A stretch of DNA of 64,000 bases from Candidatus Micrarchaeaceae archaeon (lineage in GTDB: Archaea > Micrarchaeota > Micrarchaeia > Micrarchaeales > CABMGC01), in NCBI GenBank assembly GCA_038877255.1, contig JAVYWZ010000001.1, forward strand, positions 7,661 to 71,660, written 5' to 3'. A program made the translations under genes and the position numbers. Below are positions 54,193 through 63,364 of the stretch, piece after piece. Within the stretch, counting starts at the first letter, position 1, and the number at the start of each line of letters is the position of its first letter. The notes under the pieces were generated by a model. It did no database searches and was not told where the DNA came from. It saw only the letters and a list, made by a program, of their open reading frames with translations.

Positions 54193-55140
54193 GTGTGGGC
54201 TTCCTTGTCGAGAATACGTGATCGCTTGTTGCTGTTTTTGCTCTTGGCACTTGCCTTTGCGCTTATCGCCCTTGTATCGGGAAATAACCTTTCCGCTTGT
54301 ACTGGTGCGGTAATTGCCAGTGGAATAACAAGCAAGCGCACAGGAATAAGCATAGCAATACTAGGTTTTATAGCAGGGCTTGTCCTTCAAGGGTCGCTGC
54401 TCAAGAAGGGCATAGAGGCGATTATGCCAGTATATTCAAGCATGCTTCTCGTGGAGATTTTCGCAATAGCAATAATAATATTCTTGATTGCTGATAGGTT
54501 CAGGGTGCCTCTGTCGCTTACCATAATTTTTACAAGCATGCTCGCAGGCATAGGCTTCGGGCTTAATATGCACGTCAATCTTGAATTCCTGTTTCTAATA
54601 GGTGCGTTCTGGGTTGCTGTGCCGCTTGCTTCGGTTCTACTTATGCCACTTCTGCTTCATTGGCTCACGCGCAGGCTCAACAAAGGCCGCGTGTGGAGCA
54701 AGGTTCATGCCATAAAGGTTTCCCTTATTGTTGTTTCATTTCTTACCTCATTCACGCTTGGCGCCAACACAATAGGCCTTCTCTACTCTTCTCTGCCAGT
54801 TGCTGCTACATATAAACTTGCAGTTTCTGTTCTTGCGATAATCATTGGCAGCATTTTCATAAGCCATGGCGAAATAAAGAGGCTTGGCGAAGAGATAGTG
54901 CCGCTTAGATATGTCAACGCTGTAATTTCTCAACTTGTCTCTGCTGTTGAGGTGGAGATTGCAACGCTGTTTGGCGTGCCTTTATCAAACACGCAGACGT
55001 TCACTGCAAGCCTTTATGGGGCAGGCTATGGCTACAAGGCAAGGCTCATGCGCAAAAAGCCAGCATATGTAATATTGTCTATCTGGTTTGCAAGCGCCGC
55101 ATTGAGCTTTATGCTCGCATTCGCACTAACAAAGATATAA
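54193..55140 (+). CDS. pit: inorganic phosphate transporter, PiT family (divergent)
   Basis: Polytopic. 'SGNNLSACTGAVIASG' and 'LGANTIGLLYS' resemble the duplicated GANDVAN motif. Paired with DUF47. GTG start is uncertain. Confidence 0.6.
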   Translation: MWASLSRIRDRLLLFLLLALAFALIALVSGNNLSACTGAVIASGITSKRTGISIAILGFIAGLVLQGSLLKKGIEAIMPVYSSMLLVEIFAIAIIIFLIADRFRVPLSLTIIFTSMLAGIGFGLNMHVNLEFLFLIGAFWVAVPLASVLLMPLLLHWLTRRLNKGRVWSKVHAIKVSLIVVSFLTSFTLGANTIGLLYSSLPVAATYKLAVSVLAIIIGSIFISHGEIKRLGEEIVPLRYVNAVISQLVSAVEVEIATLFGVPLSNTQTFTASLYGAGYGYKARLMRKKPAYVILSIWFASAALSFMLAFALTKI

Positions 55141-55197
55141 TTTATAAAAGTGAGCGGAAAACCCCCTATCCTTCAGATATGGGATGAGAGCGAATCC

Positions 55198-55405
55198 GCA
55201 GCGTGTCGTGATGCGCAACTGACATTCTTATATATCAGTAATGCTGCTTTTGTAAGTGTTTAATGGATTGTTTTTTGTTTTATGTTTTGTGTTTCACATT
55301 GACTCTGCAGGGGTAATGCCGAGCAAAAGCATGCCATTGGCGATTGTTTGCATTGTGATGTATACTATCGCAAGCCTTGCATTTCTTGCTTCTCCGCCGC
55401 CGAGC
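55198..55405. repeat. inverted repeat, copy B (~208 bp)
   Basis: Partner of 47112-47312. It covers the last ~112 nt of the intact argS, the spacer, and a 14-nt remnant ('gcagcgtgtcgtga', ..SVS*) of the surface-protein 3' end. Confidence 0.9.
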
Positions 55406-57186
55406 ACAGGCTCTTTTTCGTAGAACCCACTGAATAATGCAGAAAGCCTAAGCAAATACTCTGCCACTGTATTGGGTCTATATGAAATCGCCGCGCTAGT
55501 AAAAACATCTTGCGCATTCCCTATAATTTTTATAAGCTCGAATCCTGGTCCGCGACCTATTTCCTTGTAATCCTTTTCAGTAAGCTGTGCCTTTTTGTAC
55601 TCTCCTTTTTCAAGTATTCTGCGTGCTCTCGCATACATGTACATTACGTACGGGCCGCTGTTTGCTTGAAGGTTTAGCGCATTTTCCCAAGAAAAGACAA
55701 TGCCTTTCTCAGGAGATACTCTTAAGTATTCAAACTTTATGGCTGAAAGCGCTATGCGCTTAGCAGTTTCTTCTGCAGCTTCCTTTGCAACCTTTTTGCT
55801 TTCTTTTGTTTTTTCCAAAACCTTTTTTATAGCTTCTTTAAGCAGATCATCTGCGGTGTAATTGCGTTCTTCACCAAGCCAGCCGCCTTTGCGCCCGCTC
55901 AACGTGCCTTTTTCAAGTTCAACTTTGCCATAAGCTACATGCACAAGCTCTCTGCTTAAACCTTGCGCTGTTAGTTCAAGCAGTGCCTTTACCACATCTT
56001 GCTCTGCGCTTTGGCCCATGTCTATTATGTTGACTACTTTTTTTGCGTTGCCGAAAGCCATGTCTTTTCCAGATTCACTGCTCGTATACAGCGGTTTTCT
56101 GTTAGGCTGTTCCTCTATGAAACGCGAGAACCTGAAATTGCCCATGAGCAAGCCGAATTTCCACAAGTGGAAAGCAAAATCCTTCATTGCATATGTGGCT
56201 ACGCCATTGCTCCTTATGAGAACCTTGTACTTTTCCTTAGGATTTTCAAACTCCTTTGCCTGCGCCTTTGCCTTTTCCAAGTCGAGCACAAGGCAATCTT
56301 TGTAATCGCCTTCGCTGACCTTTTCCAATATTCCTTTTCTTTTAGCTATCGACAGAGCGCTCTCAAGGAGCTTGCTCTTCACTATGTTGCTTTCCCACAT
56401 AAGCACATCGTGATATATGCCAAATGCGAATGACGTTTCATACTGCGCCTTTACGCATTCTTCAGCGAGTCTTCTCGCTATTTTTGCCTCTTCAGTATTG
56501 CCAAGCTCCATTCTCTTGAGAATTGTGTCTATTTCTTCCTGCACGCCCTTCTGTTCAATAATTCTATTTACCTCGACGTACTGCTCGCCCAGGAACTGAT
56601 CAAATTTTTTGCCCTTCGGGTCTTTGCTTATGTGCAAATAGCCCCACAGCGTCTCTGCCATCTGAAGACCCAAATCGTCTATGTAGTTTTCGCGCTCTAC
56701 CCTATAACCACAGAATTCAAGCATGTTTGCTATGGCATCGCCCAGCAGCGCGTTCCTCAAATGGCCTACATGCCAAGGCTTAGTGGGGTTTACGCTTGGG
56801 TATTCAACAATTACCTTTTCGTCTTTTCCAATGTTGCTAGAGCCATAATCATCTGCTTCTTCCAGAACAGAGCCTATGACAAGCTTCGAGTATTCTGTTT
56901 CGTCAAAATATGCATTTACATAGCCATTAACGCTTGAAAAGGATTTTACAAGTATGCCTGGTTTTGCATGCTCTGCCAGTTTTGTTGCTATCTCTTTTGG
57001 GTTCTTTTTTAGCTGTTTTGCGATCACAAACGCGAGCGAAGAACTTATATCGCCAAACGATGATTCTGGAATAGTTATGCTCTGCAATGCCTCTTGCATG
57101 TCCAGCGAAATGCCAAATGACGCGTTAGCTGCGTTTATTACTGAGGTAGCAAATTCCTCCTTTGCTGCTAAAAAAGGACTTGGCAT
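55294..57186 (-). CDS. argS: arginyl-tRNA synthetase
   Basis: 'SVNPTKPWHVGHLRNALLGD' (HIGH-type motif) and the typical C-terminal anticodon-binding domain ending '...ESM'. Confidence 0.95.
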   Translation of the reverse strand: MPSPFLAAKEEFATSVINAANASFGISLDMQEALQSITIPESSFGDISSSLAFVIAKQLKKNPKEIATKLAEHAKPGILVKSFSSVNGYVNAYFDETEYSKLVIGSVLEEADDYGSSNIGKDEKVIVEYPSVNPTKPWHVGHLRNALLGDAIANMLEFCGYRVERENYIDDLGLQMAETLWGYLHISKDPKGKKFDQFLGEQYVEVNRIIEQKGVQEEIDTILKRMELGNTEEAKIARRLAEECVKAQYETSFAFGIYHDVLMWESNIVKSKLLESALSIAKRKGILEKVSEGDYKDCLVLDLEKAKAQAKEFENPKEKYKVLIRSNGVATYAMKDFAFHLWKFGLLMGNFRFSRFIEEQPNRKPLYTSSESGKDMAFGNAKKVVNIIDMGQSAEQDVVKALLELTAQGLSRELVHVAYGKVELEKGTLSGRKGGWLGEERNYTADDLLKEAIKKVLEKTKESKKVAKEAAEETAKRIALSAIKFEYLRVSPEKGIVFSWENALNLQANSGPYVMYMYARARRILEKGEYKKAQLTEKDYKEIGRGPGFELIKIIGNAQDVFTSAAISYRPNTVAEYLLRLSALFSGFYEKEPVLGGGEARNARLAIVYITMQTIANGMLLLGITPAESM

Positions 57187-58727
57187 CAGCTCACTTCCTT
57201 GTCAAAAGATTTCATGATATAAGGTATGCGTTCCACTACGTCTGTAGCCAATATATGAAGGCCTTTTTCCATCGCTAATGAGTCGCCTATATGCGAATGC
57301 AGATAAACGCCTGCTGCGCACGCATCAAAAATATCTGTGCCTGTTGCGGCATAGCCGGCAATCATGCCTGTTAGCACGTCGCCTGAGCCCATAGTGGCAA
57401 GCGCAGACGTCTTGGCCTCGTTAATCCTTAGAAAATGGCCGTTTGTTATTATTGTAGTGTGGCCTTTTAATACTACATTAGCATTAAGCTTTTTTGCAAG
57501 CATAATCGCTGCCGAGGCTCTTTCTTTGAGCTTCTCTCCTGGTTTTATGCCATAAAGCGACTCGAATTCGCCATCATGGGGCGTTATTGCAATGTTTGAG
57601 TTAAGCACGCCGAGCATCGATACCGCATCAATCGCATCTGCGTCTATTACCACTTTTTTCTTTAAAGACATTGCTTTTCCGATTATCTTTGCAGCAACAT
57701 CGAGCGTATCAGCGTCTTTTCCTATTCCAGGCCCTATTGCAATCGCATCTGCTTTCTCCAATTCAGCATACGCCAAATCGGCGCTGCCTTCGCCTATTCG
57801 GCTAATGCCCATGCTTTTAACGATAAGATTTGGAGACGTCTGCCTTGCAATGTCTTTGATGCGCTCTGGCACAAGCAATACAGCGTAACCAGAGCCAATC
57901 CTTAGCGATGCCAATGTGTTGTATGCTGCATCTGCCGCTAGAGACGGCGCGCCGCTATATTCTGCATTGCCGCTTACTATAAGAATTCTGCCATTGCTGT
58001 ATTTGTTGCCAGCTTTTCTTCTTGGCGTAGCAGCTTTATGCAATTCGCCAGGACCTGTGTAAAGCTCAGCCTCTGCGCATATTCCTATGTCTGCAACCTC
58101 TACAGTGCCAGCGTATGCATAATTAAGCAAGCCGATCTTGGGTTTGTGGAAAGTTATTGTGTAGTTTGCTTTGAAAGCATTTTTAGAAGCGCCGCCATCA
58201 GCGTCAACTCCAGAAGGCAGGTCTACTGCTACTACTGGCTTGTTTGACCTTTCAACAATGCGTGCTATTTTTTTAATATTGTCTGGCAGATCGCCGTGAA
58301 ACCCAGTGCCAAACACAGCGTCAATTATGACATCGCTTTTTTTAACAAGCGCCCCTGCCTTGCTATATGCATTATATATGATATCTATGAACTTGCTTCC
58401 CTCTATTGCTCGCAAGTTTAAAATTGAAGGCAACGATCTTATCTCTTCTCTATTGCCAAGTATTGCTACAGTAACTTCGTGTTTATTTTCAAGGTGCCTT
58501 GCAGTTGTAAAGCCATCACCGCCATTGTTGCCTGTGCCGCATAGTATTAATATCTTTTTTGACTTTGCAAATTTCTTGTCAATAAATCTTGCTACGGCAG
58601 CGCCTGCGTTTTCCATTAGCTGAACAGAGCTTATTCCAAGCGCCTCTGCGTCTAGCTCTATTGCTTTCATGTCTCTTGAACCAAGAGCTCTTTTCGTAAA
58701 GCTCGCAAACCATTTTAAGTCTTGCAT
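57186..58727 (-). CDS. nnr: bifunctional NAD(P)H-hydrate repair enzyme (epimerase/dehydratase, YjeF)
   Basis: N-terminal 'LCGTGNNGGDG' and C-terminal carbohydrate-kinase-like 'GSGDVLTGMIAG'. Confidence 0.9.
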   Translation of the reverse strand: MQDLKWFASFTKRALGSRDMKAIELDAEALGISSVQLMENAGAAVARFIDKKFAKSKKILILCGTGNNGGDGFTTARHLENKHEVTVAILGNREEIRSLPSILNLRAIEGSKFIDIIYNAYSKAGALVKKSDVIIDAVFGTGFHGDLPDNIKKIARIVERSNKPVVAVDLPSGVDADGGASKNAFKANYTITFHKPKIGLLNYAYAGTVEVADIGICAEAELYTGPGELHKAATPRRKAGNKYSNGRILIVSGNAEYSGAPSLAADAAYNTLASLRIGSGYAVLLVPERIKDIARQTSPNLIVKSMGISRIGEGSADLAYAELEKADAIAIGPGIGKDADTLDVAAKIIGKAMSLKKKVVIDADAIDAVSMLGVLNSNIAITPHDGEFESLYGIKPGEKLKERASAAIMLAKKLNANVVLKGHTTIITNGHFLRINEAKTSALATMGSGDVLTGMIAGYAATGTDIFDACAAGVYLHSHIGDSLAMEKGLHILATDVVERIPYIMKSFDKEVS

Positions 58728-58786
58728 GCCTACTCCTATTGTTAATAAGTAAGTAGAAAATGTTTAATAAAGGACGTGGTGTTTCA

Positions 58787-59638
58787 ATGGTAAAAGTATT
58801 CAAAAAAGATAACAAATACATAATTTACATACCTTACGAGGTTGTCAACCAGCTGCGCATAAGCCAAGATGACGAAGTCGATTTCTTCAGGTTCAGCAAC
58901 ACAGCGTTCCTGTTTGCGAAAAAAGCAGATGTTGCATCGCTTATAACAAGCACAGCTTCAAGCCCGGCAAAACGCATAAAAATTGAGATAGCGCCTGAAG
59001 AGCTTGCTGTCCTTAAGAAGCTTGACACTCTGCGCTATCCGGTAAGAACAGAAGCAAATGTGCTCAAGCTTTTGAACAATTCTGAGAAGCGCGTGCTTGA
59101 CAAGCTCATTGAGCGCAAGCTTGTTGCGCTGTTCAACGATGAAAAAAGAAAGGAAAAGCTCTATAGCATATCAAAATACGTTTATGACAACTTCCTTATG
59201 AGAAAGAAGCCGGTGCAGCAGCAAGTCCGTGCTGAGGAAGTAGACCAGGCGCGCGCATGGGGCGAGGTCGAAGCGCCAATGGCAAAGCCAAATATAGATA
59301 ACAAAGACATAAGCGCGCTTGAAAAGTATGGCTATGTGGTAATAGGAACAGAGGCAGAGGCCGCTGCGCTCTCTCTCGCTATGGCCGACAGCATACGGCA
59401 AGGCCAAGTCATCGGCGTGCGCGCATTCAACAAGAAATATTACATAATGCTAAGGAGCTTTTTTGAGAAAAACAGCGCAAAGCTTGTTAAAGAGCTGAAC
59501 AACGGCCCAAAAACAATAGCCGAGCTTTCAAATGCACTCTCTGCAGATCCTGATGCGCTGAGGGGCATGCTTTACTTAATGGCCGAACAGGGAGATGTTA
59601 CTGAGAACAGAAAAGATGTCTTCGCGCTCGTATCCTGA
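58787..59638 (+). CDS. hypothetical protein with AbrB/SpoVT-like N-terminus and winged-helix-like C-terminus
   Basis: 'MVKVFKKDNKYIIYIPYEVVNQLRISQDDEVDFFRF' looks like a swapped-hairpin barrel. C-terminus 'KTIAELSNALSADPDALRGMLYLMAEQGDV'. The ATG at 58787 lies ~24 nt after 'tttaataaa', suggesting a leaderless transcript. Confidence 0.5.
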   Translation: MVKVFKKDNKYIIYIPYEVVNQLRISQDDEVDFFRFSNTAFLFAKKADVASLITSTASSPAKRIKIEIAPEELAVLKKLDTLRYPVRTEANVLKLLNNSEKRVLDKLIERKLVALFNDEKRKEKLYSISKYVYDNFLMRKKPVQQQVRAEEVDQARAWGEVEAPMAKPNIDNKDISALEKYGYVVIGTEAEAAALSLAMADSIRQGQVIGVRAFNKKYYIMLRSFFEKNSAKLVKELNNGPKTIAELSNALSADPDALRGMLYLMAEQGDVTENRKDVFALVS

Positions 59639-59709
59639 TTATAAAAGCAATCATCAAATCAAGCCTGAACCTGAGCGCACTCTCTTGACCAATGTGTTGC
59701 TTTGCGATT

Positions 59710-59862
59710 TTATATTGCTGCTATGTGGTCCAGCACTATTACAAGGAGCGTGAACACAATAACGCTTATTAGCAATATCTTTATCGTTATGTGCGGGCCT
59801 TTTTCAGGCGCATCGTAGAAGCTCAATATGCCGGCTTGCTGTGCAGGCGTTGAAAGTGCCAT
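59710..59862 (-). CDS. preprotein translocase subunit Sec61 beta (SecG archaeal type)
   Basis: 50 aa from the ATG at 59862: 'MALSTPAQQAGILSFYDAPEKGPHITIKILLISVIVFTLLVIVL'. Shows the conserved (A)G(L/I)xx(Y/F)xD pattern plus a C-terminal TM. Confidence 0.8.
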   Translation of the reverse strand: MALSTPAQQAGILSFYDAPEKGPHITIKILLISVIVFTLLVIVLDHIAAI

Positions 59863-59934
59863 GTTATTTGTTTTTGCTACAAAGCTTAATATATTTTTCA
59901 GGAGCTTGAAGCAAAAACATTTGTGGCTAATGTT

Positions 59935-60684
59935 ATGCAAGATAAAATAGAAGTTGCAGGCAGGATTTTTGAAGTGGTGCTGCTTCGCAAAACAGGCATC
60001 TCTGCAACAGCAAGTGTATCAGGCAATCAAATAAGGATTCGTGTGCCTGCATTTTTGTCAGAAGAAGAGTCAAACGCGCTTTTCAACGAGCTAAAACAGA
60101 AAATAATTAGGAAAATAGTTAAAAAATTGAATGAAAATCCACGCGCTCTTAGCTTGCACGAAAGAGAGCTGAATTTTTATGATGGCCAAGTAATCAGCGT
60201 ATTTGGAAAAAGGTTTGTTATACGTGTAAAAGAATCACGCAATAGGGCATCAACAGCAAACATACTGGGAAATGAGATACATGTAGCTCTTGCAGAAGGC
60301 CTTTCCGTTGATGAGAGAAACAAGCACCTGTCAAGTTTATGTATTCGAGCAATTTCACACGCTATTCTTCCTGAATTGACTAGGCGCGTAAAGCAAGTCA
60401 ATAGCAGAAGTTTCGGCTTTAAATTCAACAAAGTTTCAGTTACTTATTCGCGTACAAAATGGGGAAGCTGCAACGCAAGAAAAAGGCGCGTAAACTTGAA
60501 CTTTCTTCTGCTGTTTGCGCCAGATTCAGTGCTAGATTATGTAATAGTGCATGAGCTTGCGCACCTAAAAGAGCACAACCATTCTAGTGCCTTCTGGAGC
60601 CTTGTTTCAAGCGCAATGCCCAATTATAAATCTGCAAGGCTGTGGCTCAGAAAAAACGGCTACACGCTAACAAGCATTTCGTAA
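59935..60684 (+). CDS. DUF45 (YgjP-like) zinc metallohydrolase
   Basis: 'WGSCN' and 'YVIVHELAHLKEHNHSSAFW' signature. Confidence 0.8.
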   Translation: MQDKIEVAGRIFEVVLLRKTGISATASVSGNQIRIRVPAFLSEEESNALFNELKQKIIRKIVKKLNENPRALSLHERELNFYDGQVISVFGKRFVIRVKESRNRASTANILGNEIHVALAEGLSVDERNKHLSSLCIRAISHAILPELTRRVKQVNSRSFGFKFNKVSVTYSRTKWGSCNARKRRVNLNFLLLFAPDSVLDYVIVHELAHLKEHNHSSAFWSLVSSAMPNYKSARLWLRKNGYTLTSIS

Positions 60685-62247
60685 CTATTTCTTTCTATGT
60701 CTTCTTCTGTTTCTTGCAACATACACTGCAATTACTATTGCTAAGATTAGGACTATGCCTACGCCCCATTCAGCGCCGCTTTCGCCACTGTACGCGCTTA
60801 TCTTCGCAAAATAATTTGTTGTGCCGTAATATTCCTGGTTTACCGCACCGTTTGGCTGCTTCCATTGCTCATAAATAGTTACTGGGTAATTTCCAGGTGC
60901 CGCTTGCGTATCTGCGCTTACAAGGAACGTTACGTTTGCGCTGCTTCCAGGAGCAATGCTGCTTATGTAATACGTGCTTGCCACCGGCGTTATTGGATAT
61001 GTGCTTTGCAGGCTGAGCTGTACGTTTGTAGCCTCTTCGTTGCCATTGTTCCTTAGTATAAAAGTGAGCGGCACATCTGTGGCGCCTGGTGCAAGCTCAG
61101 ATGCTTCTGCAACTGCTTCAAACTGTGCCGATGGAGCAAGCGTAATGTTAATGCGCTCATCAGCGCTGTACTCTTTTTCATAATTAGCCGAATAATAATC
61201 AGCATGCGCTATTATGCTCGCATTGCTCGCATTCGAGTCTGATGATATTAGCACCTGTTCGCTTTCGCTGCTTCCAGGCATTATTGCTCCAAAGAAAAAG
61301 TGATTTGCTGAGCTGATTACCTGCGTGCCTATGCCGGGGATTATGCCTATGCTTACGTTCTTAGCAATGCCGCCGCCGACGTTCTGTATGAGCAAATCAA
61401 GGGTTTGGTTGTACCCGTTATAAAGGGTTTCAGGAATTGCTCCAGCAACGCTTACTTTTATTTCAGGGCTCGGTGCTATTACCTCAACGCTAGCGTTTTC
61501 CGTAACGTTATAGGTTCTGTTTGTGTCTGTTGCATATTTAACATAGAATTGCAGCTCGTGCTGTCCTGTGCTCACGTTGCTGCTTATATAATAGCTTGCC
61601 TGCTCTTCAACTGCCTGGTTTGTTTGCAATGTTCCTATTTTGAATGTTTTTGTGCCTGCTACTTCGAAGCCGGTGCTGTTGAGCAGCTCAACAGATACAT
61701 TTCTTGCTGTGCCAAAGCCAGAATTAGCTATCGAAACAGATACAGAGACAGTACTGCCAGGAACTATCTCATTGGGCAACAGGTTTATAGTTATGCTTGG
61801 TTTGTTGTAAACATAGAGCGTGATAGGCATTACCGAAGAGCCAACCTCTTCACCTATTGCAGTAGGCGGCGTAGTTTCATAAGTAGCCACTATATCAAGC
61901 GTGTATGTGCCTTCAGGAGTTGTATTAGGTATGCGCAGATTGTAAGTATAAAATCCTGAGCTGAGACCCTCACCGAGAGTGCTTATCTCATACGTTCCAT
62001 ATGGTGAGAAATTAAGCAGAGGGTATGCGCCCTGAAGCTGCATGTTTATATTATTGAGCGAATTGTCATACGAGTTGTAGAGCCTGAACACTATGCTTGC
62101 ATTCTGACCTGCAATTACCGGATTTGGCTCTACCGCAAGGTTTGCCAGTGAAAGCGCGTTCTCTACCTGCGCGCCTGCATAGCTTGGCAAGAGCGCCATA
62201 ACGAAGAGCAGAGCCGCAATTCCAATTCCTATTGTTTTTGTTTCCAT
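60685..62247 (-). CDS. membrane-anchored surface protein with repeated CARDB/COG1361-like beta-sandwich domains
   Basis: Signal peptide '...PSYAGA|QV'. Four or five repeats of the type 'P..V.PG..V.V.V.I.N.G.G.A.NV.V.L'. C-terminal TM plus 'RNRRRHRKK'. Distal gene of the ABC operon. Confidence 0.7.
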   Translation of the reverse strand: METKTIGIGIAALLFVMALLPSYAGAQVENALSLANLAVEPNPVIAGQNASIVFRLYNSYDNSLNNINMQLQGAYPLLNFSPYGTYEISTLGEGLSSGFYTYNLRIPNTTPEGTYTLDIVATYETTPPTAIGEEVGSSVMPITLYVYNKPSITINLLPNEIVPGSTVSVSVSIANSGFGTARNVSVELLNSTGFEVAGTKTFKIGTLQTNQAVEEQASYYISSNVSTGQHELQFYVKYATDTNRTYNVTENASVEVIAPSPEIKVSVAGAIPETLYNGYNQTLDLLIQNVGGGIAKNVSIGIIPGIGTQVISSANHFFFGAIMPGSSESEQVLISSDSNASNASIIAHADYYSANYEKEYSADERINITLAPSAQFEAVAEASELAPGATDVPLTFILRNNGNEEATNVQLSLQSTYPITPVASTYYISSIAPGSSANVTFLVSADTQAAPGNYPVTIYEQWKQPNGAVNQEYYGTTNYFAKISAYSGESGAEWGVGIVLILAIVIAVYVARNRRRHRKK

Positions 62248-62249
62248 AA

Positions 62250-63350
62250 TTACACCGCATTGACTTTTCTAAACATAAGCAGGCTTATCGCAACAGTGGC
62301 AATTGCGAAGCCTATGAGAATTAAAGAATAAACGAGGAACGCAGAGACAGGGATAAATCCTTTGAGCATTACGTCTCTTACCGCATCTACCGAATACGTC
62401 ATTGGATTGTACACGCTGAACGGCTGCATGAAGCTTGGCAACGTGCTCGTTGGCATGAAAGCGCCAGAAAGAATCCACAGCGGCAGCGTTATGGCCATGC
62501 CTATAAGCGAATATACTTCTACTTTATTTATCCTGGTTCCTAGCGCGGTTGCTACTCCGCTGAAACCGACTGCGCTGAGAAACATGAACCAGATTATAGG
62601 CAATATGCCAACGCTACCTTCGGCTATTGTGCCACCATATGCGATGCCTATCCCAAGGGCAAGAAGCCCGCTTATCATAGATTGTGAGATGCCATAAGTC
62701 ATCTTGCCAAGAAGTATGGAGAGCCTTTGAATGGGCGTTGCCATGAACGCCTTAAGGTTGCCCAGTTGCCTGTCTGTTATTAGCGTGAAACCGCCGCTCC
62801 ACATAGAACCGAATGCAGCTACCATTACCACAATCCCTGCTATTAGGAATGTTTTATAGCTGCTGCTTGCACCGTAGACATAGTTAGTCTGCGCGCTTAT
62901 CCCTGTGCTTTGCAGGCTCGCCTTAACGCCAAACTGCGCTGCTGCCTGATCTATTGCAGCGTCTGCTTCCTCAGATGCTATCGGAGAAGAAACATCAGTA
63001 TATATGTATATTGCATTGCTATCTTTGCTTCCAAAGTTCTGCGGCAATACCACAACAGAAGTGACGTCGCCTTCGCTGAGCAGCAGCATTGCTTGCTGTT
63101 GGTTTGTCATCGCATATACGCTAAGCGCGTTTTGGCTGTTGAGATAGCTTACAAAGCTTATCGCTTCGGGGTTGTTGGCAAGGTTTACTATCGCTATGGG
63201 AGCATGGCTTATATTTGTTCCGAGATTGCCGAGAAGGAGTATCAGCGTCACTGGAAAGATTATTGACCTAGCTATGCTTGTCTTCCAATTCTTCTTGAAG
63301 ATTAGCATGTCGCGCATATAAAGATTGTAAGCGTCACCAAGCAAGCTCAT
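62250..63350 (-). CDS. ABC-2 type transporter permease
   Basis: 366 aa. An N-terminal TM, a ~120-aa external loop, then five TM segments, which is the typical ABC-2 layout. Follows the ABC ATPase. Confidence 0.8.
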   Translation of the reverse strand: MSLLGDAYNLYMRDMLIFKKNWKTSIARSIIFPVTLILLLGNLGTNISHAPIAIVNLANNPEAISFVSYLNSQNALSVYAMTNQQQAMLLLSEGDVTSVVVLPQNFGSKDSNAIYIYTDVSSPIASEEADAAIDQAAAQFGVKASLQSTGISAQTNYVYGASSSYKTFLIAGIVVMVAAFGSMWSGGFTLITDRQLGNLKAFMATPIQRLSILLGKMTYGISQSMISGLLALGIGIAYGGTIAEGSVGILPIIWFMFLSAVGFSGVATALGTRINKVEVYSLIGMAITLPLWILSGAFMPTSTLPSFMQPFSVYNPMTYSVDAVRDVMLKGFIPVSAFLVYSLILIGFAIATVAISLLMFRKVNAV

Positions 63351-63364
63351 GCAATCACTTATTG

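Noticed and set aside
47112-55405. Inverted repeats as the termini of a composite transposon or IS element
   Set aside because: The repeats are made of ordinary gene 3' ends (argS and the surface-protein gene). No transposase or integrase lies between them, and the cargo is core genes (spt5, rpl11, trm5). An inversion scar fits better.
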